DNA of 64,000 nt from positions 33,666,001 through 33,730,000 of the forward strand of contig OZ024751.1 of assembly GCA_964016885.1 (NCBI GenBank), written 5' to 3'. A program made the translations under genes and the position numbers. Positions 1-14,920 of the stretch are shown in pieces. Position 1 is the stretch's first letter; every line of letters starts with the position of its first letter. Origin of the DNA: Eledone cirrhosa. Taxonomy: Eukaryota. The notes under the pieces were generated by a model. The model made no database searches, was not told the origin of the DNA, and saw only the letters and a program-made list of their open reading frames with translations.

Positions 1-1169
1 GACCAAGCAAAAATCACAATTACATCCTCTTATTCTAGATCTGGCCAAGGTCACAATCACAGTCACTTCCTCCAGATCTGGCAGACACAACCCTTTCCAC
101 CACCACTCTGCACTCTGCTATTTCCATTATTACCACAGTTTTTTAATGCTACCATCACAATTATATGTTACTGTTGCTTTCATACAAGTCCCAGTTATCA
201 TTTACTTAAATGATGATAATGATGATTACAACATAATTACCGGTTATTATATTTGTCATCACCATCATAAACCATCACCACAACCACCTCCACCACCACA
301 ACCACCACCATCACCACAACCACCACCATCACCACAACCACCACCACCACCACCATCATCACAATCAACTACTGACCTCTTATACTGTGATATTAATCTA
401 ATACCTAAATTTTGGAATGTACTTTATATCTGAACCAAAACAAAATCCCCTTCTCCCTGTCATATATTAAATAAAGCACACACACATATATACTCAGTCA
501 CCCCACCACCACCAACCTCAGTCATATATATATACCCAGCCTCTCCTCCCCACCCTCACCATCACCACCACCACCACCACCACCACCATCATATATTAAT
601 GTTACTAAAATCTCAATCATGAGATTTTTTGGATGACCAAAGATTAGTGAGATTATCTCATTAGCCTTCACCTCTCTTTTTGAATTATCCGCTCTAATTG
701 TAGAACACTGGAATTATGCCATCTACACTCATGTTTCTTGTTATTATATATATGTGTGTGTGCATATTGTGTGTATATATATATTATATATATATAAATG
801 TTTGCGTGTATATATATATTATATATATATAAATGTCTGCGTGTATATATATATATATATATATTGTTTTGTGTGGTTCCTGTTTTATTCATGAGAGCAA
901 GGTTTACAAAAACAAATCAAAATATTCAATATGCCAGGAGATAGATTCTATCTAATTTATTGAACTGGATGCTCTCTTAATTATTAAATGATAATTACCT
1001 GCTCCCCTACCCCAGTAAATAATTAATACAGTATTACTGTATTACAGCATGTTATTGTAATGTTTCTCTTTGATGTAAACTGCTGATGAAACAAATACTC
1101 TACACATCATCAGTTTCACATGATTCTCCATGTTTACATGGGTTGAATGGGTTTCTTCCTAACACTATC

Positions 1170-1900
1170 TCAACATCTTTCACTTCCTTTATAGGGTCCA
1201 GCTTCCTGAAAAGATGTTTTCACCAGCGCAATTCTTCCTTAGTGTCTACATGAACCAGGTCCTCATTCTCCAATACATTCTCCCCTTCAATAGGGTCTAC
1301 ATAGACCAGGTCCTCACTCTCCACTATAATCTCCTCTTCAGTAGGGTCTACCTATAGACCAGGTCCTCACTCTCCACTGTAATCTCCTCTTCAGTAGGGT
1401 CTACCTAGACCAGGTCTTCACTCTCCACTATAATCTCCTCTTCAGTAGGGTCTACCTATAGACCAGGTCCTCACTCTCCACTATAAACTCCTCTTCAGTA
1501 GGGTCTACCTATAGACCAGGTCTTCACTCTCCACTATAATCTCCTCTTCAGTAGGGTCTACCTATAGACCAGGTCCTCACTCTCCACTATAAACTCCTCT
1601 TCAGTAGGGTCTACCTATAGACCAGGTCCTCACTCTCCACTATATTCTCCTCTTCAGTAGGGTCTACATAGACCTGGGCCTCACTCTCCAATACATTCTC
1701 TTCATTTAACAACCTCTTGTAATAACACTTCCATTCCTCTTTCTGTACAGTGTCTTTAACGTTATTCTGATGTCCATAAACACTTCTCCCCTACAACATC
1801 GCCATTCTCTTTATTACACTACCCTGCAATCCAGAACATCAACAAACTGCTGTAGAACACTGACAAACTTCTTACTTTCTGTTTCCTCTCTTGCTAAATA
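1170..1900 (-). mobile_element. Degraded RTE LINE fragment containing a tandem amplification
   Basis: The reverse complement resembles the 41070-41425 fragment (W..YYKRLLNEEN-like). Confidence 0.6.
1290..1700. repeat. ~54-bp tandem repeat, about 7 units
   Basis: Unit approximately tagaccaggtcctcactctccactataatctcctcttcagtagggtctaccta. Confidence 0.95.
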
Positions 1901-3017
1901 TTTGATGGTCCTTTAAGCTACCATATCCCCCTACTCTAAGCTGTCTTAAGCTACCATATCCCCCTACTCTAAGCTGTCTTAAGCTACCATATCCCCCTAC
2001 TCTAAGCTGTCTTTAGCTACCATACTCTAAGCTGTCTTTGATTTTTATGTGTCTGGCTCCTGAAAGTCATTAACCACCAATCTATGCTGGCTGGTTGGTT
2101 GGTTGGGTGGCTGGATGGGTGGCTGGCTAGGTGGCTGGATGGGTGGCTGGATGGATGGATGGATGGATGGGTGGCTGGCTCGGTGGGTGGCTGGCTGAAT
2201 GGATGGATGGTTGGCTAGCTGGCTGGCTCAGTGGGTGGCTGGCTGGCTGGCTGGCTAGCTGGTTGGCTGGGTGGCTGGCTAACTGGGTGACTTCCTGAAG
2301 CTAATGTTGCTCATTATCAAGTCATTTGCATCACAAAACTCCAGGAATCTTGATCTCTCTTCATTTACACACCAAGTCCATAAGCTCCATACACACCATA
2401 GAATCCTGATCCTGTAGTGACCCTTGGAGTGACCAACCAAGATAATAATGTCACAGATGTTGTCTACAAGAGGACCTCGTAAAACTAATCCTTCTGGACC
2501 AGCTTGCAGTATATGTACAGAGATATATATTTGTCCAAGACTAGTTTAAGCTTCATTATCCTCTCATATACTTATAAATTATCATAGTTATTAAGGTGGG
2601 TTGACAGTATCACTGGAATGTCAAACACAATGTTTGTGGTATTGACTTATTACTTTCTATGTTCTGAGTTCAAATCCTGCTGAGGTCAACTTTACCTTTC
2701 ATCCTTCCAGGGTTGATAAAATAAACTACCAGTAACACACTGGGGTTGATATACTCCTGCCCCCTCCTGCTCCACCCAGAAAAACAAATTGCTGTGCCAA
2801 AAGTAGAAACATTGTTGTTGTTGATAGAAAAGCCATAAAATGATAGTTTACTGAAAATCAATAATTAGTGAGAACTGCTGTTACTGTTTTAATTAGTTAA
2901 TTAATTGTCGTTAAGAGACTGTTGACGATATTTGTAGAACAATGTCTGTAGAATATGTTGTCTTTCATCAGGTATACTCAGCCAATCCATTTACATAGTG
3001 TGTCTATATTAAACTAC

Positions 3018-3343
3018 ATGGCTTAGTGGTTAGAACATTGGCCTTGCAATCGAAAGGTTGTGAGTTCAATTCTCAGACCGAGTGATGTGTTGTTTCCTTG
3101 AGCAAGACACTTTATTTCACATTGCTCCAGTTTACTCAGCTGTAGAAATGAGATGATAGGGACTGGGGTCCATATCATTCCACTGCAAAGTGGTCGTGGA
3201 GGTGCCACGGCAAAAAAGCACCCAGCGCTCACTGTAAATGAGGTTGGTGTTAGGAAGGGCATCCAGCTGTAGAAATCAAGCCAGAATCAGTTCCCATCCC
3301 ACCCTTGCACACAGGGAAAAGCGGACGCAAAATGATGATGATG
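3018..3343 (+). mobile_element. Second tRNA-derived SINE family with an RTE-type 3' tail
   Basis: ggcttagtggttag (A box), gagttcaattc (B box), central ccttgagcaagacactttatttcac, gttggtgttaggaagggcatccagc, and a tail gggaaaagcggacgcaaaatgatgatg shared with the LINE end at 53275-53304. Further 3' fragments lie at about 19960-20220, 35750-36175, 39118-39560, 40715-40865, 41935-42150, 43575-43850, 44420-44700, 56475-56650 and 60480-60720. Confidence 0.8.
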
Positions 3344-3344
3344 T

Positions 3345-4642
3345 ATATATTAAACTACAGTGTGTATATTAAACTACAGTGTATATATTAAACCACAGTG
3401 TGTACATTAAACCACAGTGTGTACATTAAACTATAGTGTATATATTAAACTACACATATGTTAAACTACAGTGTGTCTATATTAAACTACAGTGTATATA
3501 TTAAACTACAGTGTGTATATTAAACTACAGTGTGTCTATATTAAACTACAGTGTGTATATTAAACTACAGTGTGTCTATATTAAACTACAGTGTGTCTAT
3601 ATTAAACTACAGTGTGTATATTAAACTACAGTGTCTATATTAAACTACAGTGTCTATATTAAACTACAGTGTGTATATTAAACTACAGTGTGTATATTAA
3701 ACTACAGTGTATATATTAAACTACAGTGTGTATATTAAACTACAGTGTATTTATTAAACTACAGTGTGTATATTGAACTACAGTGTATATATTAAACTAC
3801 AGTGTATATATTAAACTACAGTGTATATATTAAACTACAGTGTATATATTAAACTTCAGTGTGTCTATATTAAACTACAGTGTATATATTAAACTACAGT
3901 GTATATATTAAACTACAGTGTGTCTATATTAAACTACAGTGTATATATTAAACTACAGTGTGTGTATATTAAACTACAGTGTGTATATTAAACTACAGTC
4001 TATATATTAAACTACAGTCTATATATTAAACTACAGTGTGTATAGTAAACTGCAGTGTGTATATTAAACTACAGTGTATATATTAAACTACAGTGTGTAT
4101 ATTGAACTACAGTGTGTCTATATTAAACTACAGTGTTTATATTAAACTACAGTGTATATATATTAAACTACAGTGTATATATTAAACTACAGTATGTATA
4201 TTAAACTACAGTGTGTATATTAATCTACAGTGTATATATTAAACTACAGTGTCTATATTAAACTACAGTGTGTATATTAAACTACAGTGTATATATTAAA
4301 CTACAGTGTGTATATTAAACTACAGTGTATATTAAACTACAGTGTATATATTAAACTACAGTGTGTATATTAAACTACAGTGTGTGTATATTAAACTACA
4401 GTGTGTATATTAAACTACAGTGTGTGTATATTAAACTACAGTGTGTGTATATTAAACTACAGTGTGTCTATATTAAACTACAGTGTGTCTATATTAAACT
4501 ACAGTGTGTGTATATTAAACTACAGTGTGTATATTAAACTACAGTGTGTCTATATTAAACTAGTGTGTATATTAAACTTCAGTGTATATATTAAACTACA
4601 GTGTGTCTATATTAAACTAGTGTGTATATTAAACTACAGTGT
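3345..4642. repeat. 19-21 bp minisatellite (tatattaaactacagtgtg)
   Basis: Directly visible. Confidence 0.97.
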
Positions 4643-5789
4643 GAATACTAAAGCTGACAGTGGTGGTAGTGGTAGTAGTGGTGGTGGTGGCTGTAGTGGT
4701 AGTGGTGGTAGTGGTAATCCAGGTGACAATTTCTTCTTGATTACTAAATGTTCTTCTACCTGTAATACTCATATCCTACTCTTTGTCCAAGTTACTCTCA
4801 TTTATCTATTTGTTTTCTACATTCTATTCAGTCATTACCATTAGTTATGCCATGTTTATATTGCTAATTCTAACTTTGGCCATTGTTGAAATCCTATCAA
4901 CTTTGCACCAGAAAAATAAATTAAATGAAACAGTATTGATCAAATAACTTTCACATTTCCTACGTATTAGATGTATTATTAATTGGCTATATTACTCCCT
5001 CGTTAATCTCTCATTACAGAGGAGCAATCTTCCTGCAGGTTTATCATGGCTAGTGACATGGTCAGAGATGTTAGGTAGGGGCCCATACAGATTCCTTCTT
5101 GCTTGTACACATCACATAATATGATACCTCACATCAGAGATGTTAGGTAGGGGCCCATACAGAGATCCTTCTTGCTTGTACACATCACATAATATTGTGA
5201 ATCTATATTTAACAGAGAGATCCTTTAACTTCCAAACCCTCCTTCTCCAGATTGTACTGCATTTCTGATTCTGTCTGTATTTTATTCTGAAGTCATCAAT
5301 AACGAGTTTTAAAATATTACCTTAAAAATATTTAATTAGTATTTATATTTTGGGTAAAATCCCCCTTGACAAAGGTGTTAAGGAACACAAAAGAGAGATA
5401 ATTATTGAATGTCCATTGTGTCGGCATGCAAGATAAACATTTCCCTGCCCCTCCCCAATATTAAAAACTCCAGGAATATTACGAAATGTTAACCTAATTT
5501 GAGATACAGTGGCTCTAACTGTTCTACTTTAACAGAAAATGGTGAGAAGAATTAGTTTAAAACATGCTGCCTACAATAAAATATTGTCATGTTTTTGTGG
5601 AAATAATTTGTCATCCAGCCAAAGACCAACATAAAATAATTAAATAAAACAAGAAATAAACAGATCTTAATTTTGTTGATTATAATAATGGTTTGTAATT
5701 TAGGCAGAGGGCCAACTATTTGAGGGAGGGGAAAGTTGATGACATGTCTCAAAGGTAACAAAATATTTTCACATCTATCTTTTCTTAAC

Positions 5790-6225
5790 ATCCAACTCAA
5801 CATCTTCTCAATCTACAACTCTCTTCCATACACACTTTAAATGTGGCTCACACATTATTTAATAATCCCTTCCACACCACTACATTTTTCTTGTACCAAG
5901 TGAATATCATATATATAATGGCGTTCACTTCCTCACTCTTCCTGCACACATGCACACACACACACACACCTTCTTGTATTTCTATCCCACCAAATTCTTC
6001 ACTACTTACCATAAAATTGATATCTTTTGCCTCCAGACATTCCTTCTACATATTCATCTTCTCCCTCAAGCTATCCATACTCTCTGCTAGTAACAACAGG
6101 TTATTTCCATGCACCAATTCCCACGGTAAACCCTCCTTTACACTTTGGGTCCAGTAGTTCCATCACAACTACAAATATTAGGGAGCTTAATACTGACCCC
6201 TGATGCACTCCAACTTTCACTTTAA
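5790..6225 (-). mobile_element. Degraded RTE RT fragment
   Basis: The reverse complement begins gtgaaagttggagtgcatcaggggtcagtattaagctcc (GVHQGSVLS). Confidence 0.6.
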
Positions 6226-6921
6226 CCCTTTAGCATTTAAACCAACCTATATCTGGCCAGAATTCTCTCACCTCTTTCTGTTCAAACCAGTCATAAACCG
6301 GCCATTCATACCAATGTTAAGGTATTGTTCTCAAAATAAATAAAATCAAAATCTTGTAGATTCAATATTATGAGATAAAGTGTTTACTGTGGAAATACAA
6401 TAGTATATATAGAGTAATGTAAATATGTGAGGTATTATGTGAGATAGAGTGTTTACTGTGAAAATACAATAGTATATAGAGATTAATGTAAATGCTAAAG
6501 GGTCAAATAAGCTGGCAATAATATTAGGCTAAGGTCACGAAGCAATAAATAAAAAAGATGTGGCATGATTTGACCTCAACAAGAATGAATACCTTAAAAT
6601 AATCTGATCACTCCACTCTGTCAATTTACTACATTCCTTAACAATTATTAAATCTAAGTCATTCTATGGGAGGAGAGTTATTTTAGACATTTAAAAAACA
6701 CTGGAAAACTGTTCAATTCAGTTTTCAATTATTTCATGGTGTCAAATTTTTCATCACATCTTTGCGACCTGGTCACTGGCAGAATTCCACTGCCATGTAG
6801 AACTTGTAATAACAACATTGGCACTACAAACAGTTAATAAGTGCCTGTAATATGTTTTTTGCTTATTTTTCAAGACTAAAATAATTCTTCCACAATGTTC
6901 TAAATTCCATATATCCTCTCT

Positions 6922-7000
<79 letters not shown>

Positions 7001-7348
7001 CGAGAGAGAGAGGGAGAGAAAGAGGTGAAGGCATTTGGTAGCCACTACTGTGGAATATTAAATGTAAATTATTTGAGAAAGAAAGCTTCACAAGTTTTAG
7101 GATTGCTTTGGATAATCACCAAATTTAGTGTGTGAAAAATTTGGAATAAAAACTGTTTATAAATTTGTAAGAGAGATGGTAAGATATGTAAATGTTTGAA
7201 ACATTTGAAATGTCAAGTACTGTAGACTTCTCCTGGATGGAAGTTGGTTGAATATTTAATGTGTTTAGCAGTAAAAAGCCAATTATTTTTCATGAAATCA
7301 GCTGACAACTTAGAAGAAGAGAAACATTGTTTGTTAAATTATGGGCGA

Positions 7349-7379
<31 letters not shown>

Positions 7380-7845
7380 TGTGATTGTAGTTGTTGTAGT
7401 TGTGGTTGTAGTTGTTGTAGTTGTGGTTGTGGTGGTGGTAGTTGTGGTTGTGATAGTGGTGTTAATAGTTGTGGTGGTGATGGTAGTAGTAGCAGTGGTA
7501 GTATATATAATTGTTTCTACTTTTGGCACAAGGCCAGCAATTACCCAGTGCATTACTGGTACTTTATTTTATCGACCCCGTAAGGATGAAAGGCAAAGTT
7601 AACCTCGGCTGGACAGTTATTAGTGGTGTTGGTGGTGGTAGTAGTTGTGGTTGTAGTGGTTGTAGTAGTGATGGTAGTAGTAGTGGTTGTGGTGGTAGTA
7701 GTTGTGGTTGTGGTTGTGGTGGTTGTAGTAGTTGTGGTGGTAGTAGTAGTAGTGGTTGTGGTGGTGGTAGTTGTGTTAGTAGTGGTTGTGGTGATGGTAG
7801 TTATGGTGGTTGTAGTGGTGGTGGTGGTGGTGATAGTAGTAGTAT
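7349..7845. repeat. (GTA/GTT/GTG)n trinucleotide tracts
   Basis: Directly visible. A SINE fragment splits the tract. Confidence 0.92.
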
Positions 7846-7889
7846 ATAATGTTTTCAGACAATTATTATTATTAATAGTAGAAGTAGTA

Positions 7890-7925
<36 letters not shown>

Positions 7926-7989
7926 AATGAGTGAAGAATAACATGGATCGGCTGTACAATAGGATTTATTCATTATATATTATATATAT

Positions 7990-8172
7990 ATAATTGTTTC
8001 TACTTTTGGCACAAGGCCAGCAATTATCCAGTACATTACTGGTACTTTATTTTATCGACCCCATAAGGATGAAAGGCAAAGTTAACCTCGGCGGGATTTG
8101 AACTCAGAATGGCAAGGGCCGTAACTCTATGCGCCAAAGCATGGCGTCCAACCCTCTACCGATACTGCCAGC
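7990..8172 (-). mobile_element. tRNA-derived SINE, same family (partial copy at 7508-7610)
   Basis: Near-identical reverse complement of 26869-27052. Confidence 0.85.
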
Positions 8173-8243
8173 AGCTCTTGGTGGTGGTAGTAGCAGTAGT
8201 ATATAATGTAATGTCAGACAGTTATTGGTGAGGAACAGTCTAG

Positions 8244-9335
8244 AACAAAGGTTCTCAACGGGGTGGGGGGGGGGGGGCATATGCACCCCCAGGGGGCGTT
8301 TGGGAGCAAGGTCACGTTAGGGGAGGCGTATGGAGCTTGAGGGGTGGAAGGCTCTTTACTTTGGTAAGTTTTATAAGCCATATTTGTATGTCTTTGAGAC
8401 AGCCAGTGTGAATGCATTTGAATGAGCTTGCAGACAAGACAGCATAACTATAGTCTGACCACAGCTGTGAGCAGGTGTGCAGGCGTGTCTGGTAATTGAG
8501 ACATTAACCGGTAATTGAGATCCTAAAAATGGAAAAACCCACAGTCAACTGTGTCAAGGACACTTTGACCGCAGCCAGTTAGAATCTTATCTCTCCTTCA
8601 CCAATAACAATGTATTTCATGTCTGAAATTATTGACTCAACCGTAACACGTTAACACTATGTAGATCTATTTTATTCCCTATTGTATAAATAATATTACA
8701 AATAGAAAAAAGAAAAGAAAAAACAGAAGCGTGTAGCACACACATCTAGGACCACATACAACACATAATCAGATAATACACACATCTAGGACCACATACA
8801 ACACAGAAGCAGGTAATACATACAGCTGGGACCACATGCAATACATAAGCAGGTAATACATACATCTAGGACTACATACAACACACAGGCAGGTAATACA
8901 TACATCTAAGACCACATACAACACACATTGAATCATGTGCTACGGACTACGCAAGGCCAACATAAGGGCTTTGTCACTCTTCTGAAGAGAGAAAATCTGT
9001 ATTTGCTGTTCATTGTGTCATTCATCGACAACACTTGGCTGCGAAGAAACTCAGCAAGCCGCTGAGCAAGTCCTTGCAGGTGGCCATTGATGTCATCAAT
9101 TTTATGAAATGGCATTCCTTCAGTGAATGAATTTTCCGGCAACTGTGCCAAGATAATGACAAAGAATTCGTCAAATTGCTCCTTCATACTGAAGTGAGGT
9201 GGCTTTCAAAGGGCAAGTGCTTTACTCGCTTCTTTGAACTCTTCGACTCTATCATTGAGTTTCTGCAAGGACGCAATACAGAACTGTATAAAAGAAACCT
9301 CGATATGAGGCAAGACTGCGCCTACCTCACCGACA
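8244..9335 (+). mobile_element. hAT (Charlie/Buster-like) DNA transposon relic
   Basis: TIR-like caaaggttctcaac after gtctagaa. Transposase motifs HCVIHRQHLAAKKL (CxxH) and LLHTEVRWLSKGK, broken by a stop and a frameshift. Confidence 0.8.
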
Positions 9336-10212
9336 GAAGAAAAGGGACATACCACTAATTACCATGAACCTATTATATATTACATAAAAGTACATCATGT
9401 ATATATACCAACCTGTAACCTATAGATATATCTTGTGTGTTTAGTACTATTGACTAGCATATAGATATATCTTGTGTGTTTAGTACTGTTGACTGTAACC
9501 TATAATAAACAGGCCTTCATTTCATACCTGACCTGGGTCTTACACCAGCTTTTACTGACCTGGGATCTCTCACCAGTTTTCTACTGACCTGGGTCTCTCA
9601 CACCAGCTTTGTAGTGACCTGGGTAAGAAAATATGTGTGCTACTATTTGTACAATGTTATCAGACACTGGTAAGATGATATCAGTATCCTGTACTCCTTG
9701 ATACCTCTAACAATACACTAGTAGAGAAGGGTCTTTGGAGTAATGTTACTCGATAAAGTGCATAACTCACAGATCAGAGAGTCACTCCAGGTAGAGCTGC
9801 TACTTCTCTGAACTGAGACCATAGCTCCGATACTATGGACATGGGGTTAGACTGTCCCAGGAAAGAATCGCTGGACAGATTTTACAAGCAAAAACCAACT
9901 GACAGGAGACCCATAGGTGGATCCCAAGCAAGATGGTTGAATTACATCCATGAGCTTGGTTGGTCTCTGTTGGGGATCTAGCCAGATTGCTTCTGGCAGG
10001 ACCCGCTGGAGAGAGTGTTTGAGGACTCTGACCCCACACCCTCTCAAGATTAAGAGGTTGAAGAAGAAGAGCACCACTACTGTACTCCTTGATACCCCTA
10101 GCAATCCAATTGAGGACAACTACTCTAAATGAAGGAATCTCACACACATTGTTTGAAACATATTCTAAATATTAAATATTCAAACTTATTAAAACTTTTT
10201 TGTTTATTTCAG

Positions 10213-13200
10213 CCAAAAGATTTTGTGAGCCTCAGCATGAGAGACGACCATGGAAAATATGGTAAATATTTGATGAAATAGCTTATTGTTTCTATTGTAG
10301 AGGAGGGATTAAATACCTTGTTGTGTTTAGTTATCTCTGTTTACTTTCACTTTCATTAGATCTGTTAACATTCTAACAATCAACATTACCACGAGATCCC
10401 TTAAATATCTCACAGAAATCCAGCAATACCACTTAAATCCAGGAGAAGCAGGTTTCTTAAATATCTTGTGGAAATAATCTTTCAAACTCTACCATTCTAC
10501 CCTTCTAAAGGGTCCCTTCTTAAATTTTGAACCTTCCAACATAATTTTGTACAACATTTTGTTGTTACAAATATTGTCTGAATGAAATAATAATTTTAGA
10601 AAATACTTTCCCAGTTCTTCATTAAATACCAAATATTTCATTAGAAATATGTTAACGAAAGGATTAAAAGCCTCTATAACATTTTTATTCTTACAACCCC
10701 TTTATTACTTAGATAAATAACTGCATCTGTTTTTCGATTCATACTTATTGATGTTAACTATCAGTTATCTCCCTTCTTACTACAAAAAATTACAATGAAA
10801 TATCAAGCTACATACTTTATTCAATATAATAATTGTTTCTACTTTTGGCACAAGGCCACCAATTACTCAGTGTATTACCGGTACTTTATTTTATCGACCC
10901 CGTAAGGATGAAAGGCAAAGTTAACCTCGGCGGGATTTGAACTCAGAATAGCAAGGGCCGTAACTCTATGCGTCAAAGCATGGCGTCCGACCCTCTACCG
11001 ATACTGCCAATTCATTCAATATAATAATTATTTCTACTATAAGTACAAAGACAATAATTTGTGAGAAGGAGAAGGGATGTCGATTACATCGACCCCAGTA
11101 CATAGCAGGATTTGAACTGAGAACATAAGGAGCCAGAACAATATAATTATAGTTAACATTAAAAAAAAGGGGGATAATTTTCGTCTGAAGTTGTGTTAAG
11201 ATATTAATAATGTTATAGTAAAAGAGTGATATAAAGGGAGAGAGGACAGCAAACTGTATACCTGAGCCAGGGTGGTATATATCAGCTGTTGATAGAATAT
11301 AGACTGTATACCCCAGTCAAGGTGTATATAGCAGCTGTACCCTGTTGATAAAATAGACTGAATACCTCCTGTCATGGAGGTATTCATCAGCTGTACCTTG
11401 TTGATAAAGTGTGTTACTGTCTTGTCTAGTTCTATGATACTTCTAAACAACAATAGTGTAATGTGTTATTGTCTTTCCCAGGTTCTACGATACTTCTAAA
11501 CAACAATAGTGTAATGTGTTATTGTCTTTCCCAGGTTCTACGATACTTCTAAATAACAATAGTGTAATGTGTTATTGTCTTTCCCAGGTTCTACGATACT
11601 TCTAAACAAGCAATTGGTGCTGCTGTAATTCACTTTGCTAATGTCTTTCTTGCTGATATGTTTCAAGGAGACCCTTGTACATGGTAAGTCTTTTTGTTGT
11701 TTCTTTCCTAATGTCTTGTTTCCTCATGGAACTCCATTACTACACCTTACACCTCCTACACCTTCCATAACTACACCTTACACCACCTATCACTAGATCT
11801 ACTCTTCTCACTTTCAGTCTTTTCCACCCAAATATTTCTTTCGTTATTCCACCTTAAACTTTATTCAAAAGCAATGTTGATAAAGACGTAACTAAGTGTT
11901 GTAAGAAGTTTGGTTTGGAGTGAAATTCACTAAAGTGATACATACAGACAGTTGACAATGAAAGCGGGGAGGTTCTCTCGTCTGGTAGTTGTTTCTTATA
12001 TTTATATTAAATAATAAAGAGGTACTTACAGACAGTTGACAATGAAAGAGGCTTGGTTCTCTTGTTTTGTTGTGTTTCTTATATTTATACTAAATACTAA
12101 TGTTTTCTCTGTTTTATTCTCTTTCTAGGTATTTTGTTAGTTTTTTGCTTGACTCCACGGTTGGCTTACTTGTGATATACTTAGGGCTTAAGATTGGCCA
12201 GTGGATTGCTCTTCGGAAAGGATGGGAGAGTTTACGCTTTGGAGAATACGGTAAATAATATTTCTGTTGTTATAGTGTTGTCATTATTATTATTATTATT
12301 ATTATTGGGTAAGACAGTGGATTGGTAGAATCACTGTGTATCGGACAGTGGAGTGTCAGACAATGGAGTAGAGTGTCAGACAGTGGGGTAGAGTACTTTG
12401 CTCTTAAACAAGGCTTGGCACCAGGAAGGGCCTCTGGTTATAAAACACTGCTTTGAAAAACAAAGGTTCCATCCAACCCATGTCATGGAAAAAGTAGACA
12501 TAAAACTGATGATGTTGAAGGTTTAATATCTTTATATTATGTTGTAGGTTTAATTTCTGTATTATATTATTATGTACATTTGAAAGAAATATTTTTATTT
12601 TTCTCTATTACAGGAAGACCTCCACAGTGCAATGCTTGGGTAGGGCAGTGTGCTCTCTACATTCTTGTCATGATTATTGAGAAATTACTAATGACTTTGC
12701 TAGTACTCTGCCATTTTTGGGTAAAAGTAGGTATTTCCAGTTAACAAACATTAAACCCTTTCTGACTATATTTCTAATATACTCTAATTCAATTAATGTT
12801 GACATAGTAGCATCCAGGTGACAGGACTCATATGAGTTTCTTAAGTAACTTTAACCTTTCATAATCGTGTGAAACCATTTTGCTGATGAGGATGTAGATG
12901 TGTGTGTAAACTTGTCTGGTACATCACCTTTCTTTCCTTCTTCCAGTTACTTCCCTTTGTCCTCCTCCTCTGTCAATCTATTCTATATTTCACCTGTCAC
13001 CCACCTTGTGGATTGTCTCTCTGTTGACCACTGGTCCCTGTCATCTGTTGACTACTGGCCACTGGTCTCTGAGACATATATCATCTGCCTGTCACCCACC
13101 TTGTGGATTGTCTCTCTGTTGACACTGGCCCCTGTCCTCTGAGACATATATCATCTGCCTGTCACCCACCTTGTGGATTGTCTCTCTGTTGACACTGGCC

Positions 13201-14053
13201 CCTGTCCTCTGAGACATATATCATCTGCCTGTCATCCACCTTGTGGATTGTCTCTCTGTTGACCACTGGCCGCTGCGTGTCGAGAAAGGGAGGTGCTGTG
13301 TGTATGTGAGAGAGAGAGAAAGATTGACAGAAATATATAAATATTCAAATATGGTTTCTATTTTCAGGTGCGGAAATTTATTTTAGCTCCAGTAAAAAAT
13401 GCCAACTTGGAGATAGTAATAGTAATGTTTATGGTTCCTTTATTTGTGAATGTAAGTTTTATTTTATTTTATTATTACTGAATTCTGACCAATTCACGTT
13501 TGTCAAAAGAATGTTTAACCCTTTCTTTACCATATTTCTAATGAAAGATGACATTGCTTATGGTTATAAGAATTTGGAAATATTTTTGTAACTTAACACA
13601 AAGGTTCTTACATAGAATCACATTGGAGGGTGTTTAGATAAATATAAACACTTTAATACAAATAGTTTTGTACAAGAGAATTGGGAGCGGTTTAATAGCG
13701 AAAAAGCTTAGTTATTATTATTAAATTATCTAATTGCTGATTTACAATATTATTTTGTTATTATTAATTTATCTAATTTACAATTTTTGTTTTTTTTCCT
13801 TCAGGCTCTTATATTTTGGGTGGTAGATAATTTTTTAAAACGCCAAATTCGAGAAACAAAAACTCTTTCAATAAGCAGCAACGATGTATCTGTGAAATAT
13901 TTCCGAAACAACGACCGCTTGAAATATTACAACCATTTAGAGAAGGCAGAAGACTTTGAAGCTAACATGTTACTTATGGAAGACGAGGAAATCAACACAA
14001 CAGCCGTTGAGGCTGAAAATAATAGCACAACAGCCAATCTTTTACTGGATTGA
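10213..14053 (+). CDS. STIMATE: Store-operated calcium entry regulator STIMATE (TMEM110), 5'-partial; exons 10213-10261, 11588-11683, 12129-12250, 12614-12726, 13368-13451, 13805-14053
   Basis: GT-AG exons join in frame: [65 protein letters not shown]...[25 protein letters not shown]...[13 protein letters not shown]...LLD*. This closely follows TMEM110 motifs ([29 protein letters not shown]). No first exon was found in the window. Confidence 0.93.
10829..11011 (-). mobile_element. tRNA-derived SINE, same family
   Basis: Near-identical to 7990-8172. Confidence 0.85.
11410..11609. repeat. 53-bp tandem repeat spanning a STIMATE splice acceptor
   Basis: gtgttattgtctttcccaggttctacgatacttctaaa occurs three times, plus one degenerate copy. 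Confidence 0.95.
12990..13270. repeat. ~70-bp tandem repeat, 3-4 units
   Basis: cctgtcacccaccttgtggattgtctctctgttgacactggcc... is repeated. Confidence 0.9.
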
Positions 14054-14880
14054 TAAAACAGAATCCAGACACACACATATATATATATATGTGTATTTAT
14101 ATATATATGTGTATTTATATATATATATATGTGTGTATTTATATATATCTATGTGTGTATTTATATATATATATATGTGTATATATATATATGTGTATTT
14201 ATATATGTATATGTGTATTTATATATATATATGTGTATTTATATATATATATATATATGTGTATTTATATATATATGTGTATTTATACATATATATGTGT
14301 ATTTGTATATATATATGTGTATTTATATATATATATGTGTATTTATATATATGTGTGTATTTATATATATATATGTGTGTATTTATATATATATGTGTGT
14401 ATTTATATATATATGTGTATTTATATATATATGTGTATTTATATATATATGTGTATTTATATATATATGTGTATTTATATATATATATATGTATTTATAT
14501 ATATTCATATATATACATATATATAAATATATATACATATATATATGTATTTATATATATATGTATTTATATATATACATATATATATATATAAATACAT
14601 ATATATTTATGTATATATATTTATATATATATTTATATATATTTATATATGTATATATATAAATACATATATATATATGTATTTATATATATATATATGT
14701 ATATATATAAATACATATATATATAAATACATATATATATGTATATATATTTATATATATGTATATATATGAATATATATAAATACATATATATATATGT
14801 ATATATATATATAAATACATATATATATGTATATATATTTATATATATGTATATATATAAATATATATATATATAAATAC

Positions 14881-14920
<40 letters not shown>

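Noticed and set aside
7290-7934. Poly-V/T/G-S-C ORFs
   Set aside because: Trinucleotide low-complexity sequence.
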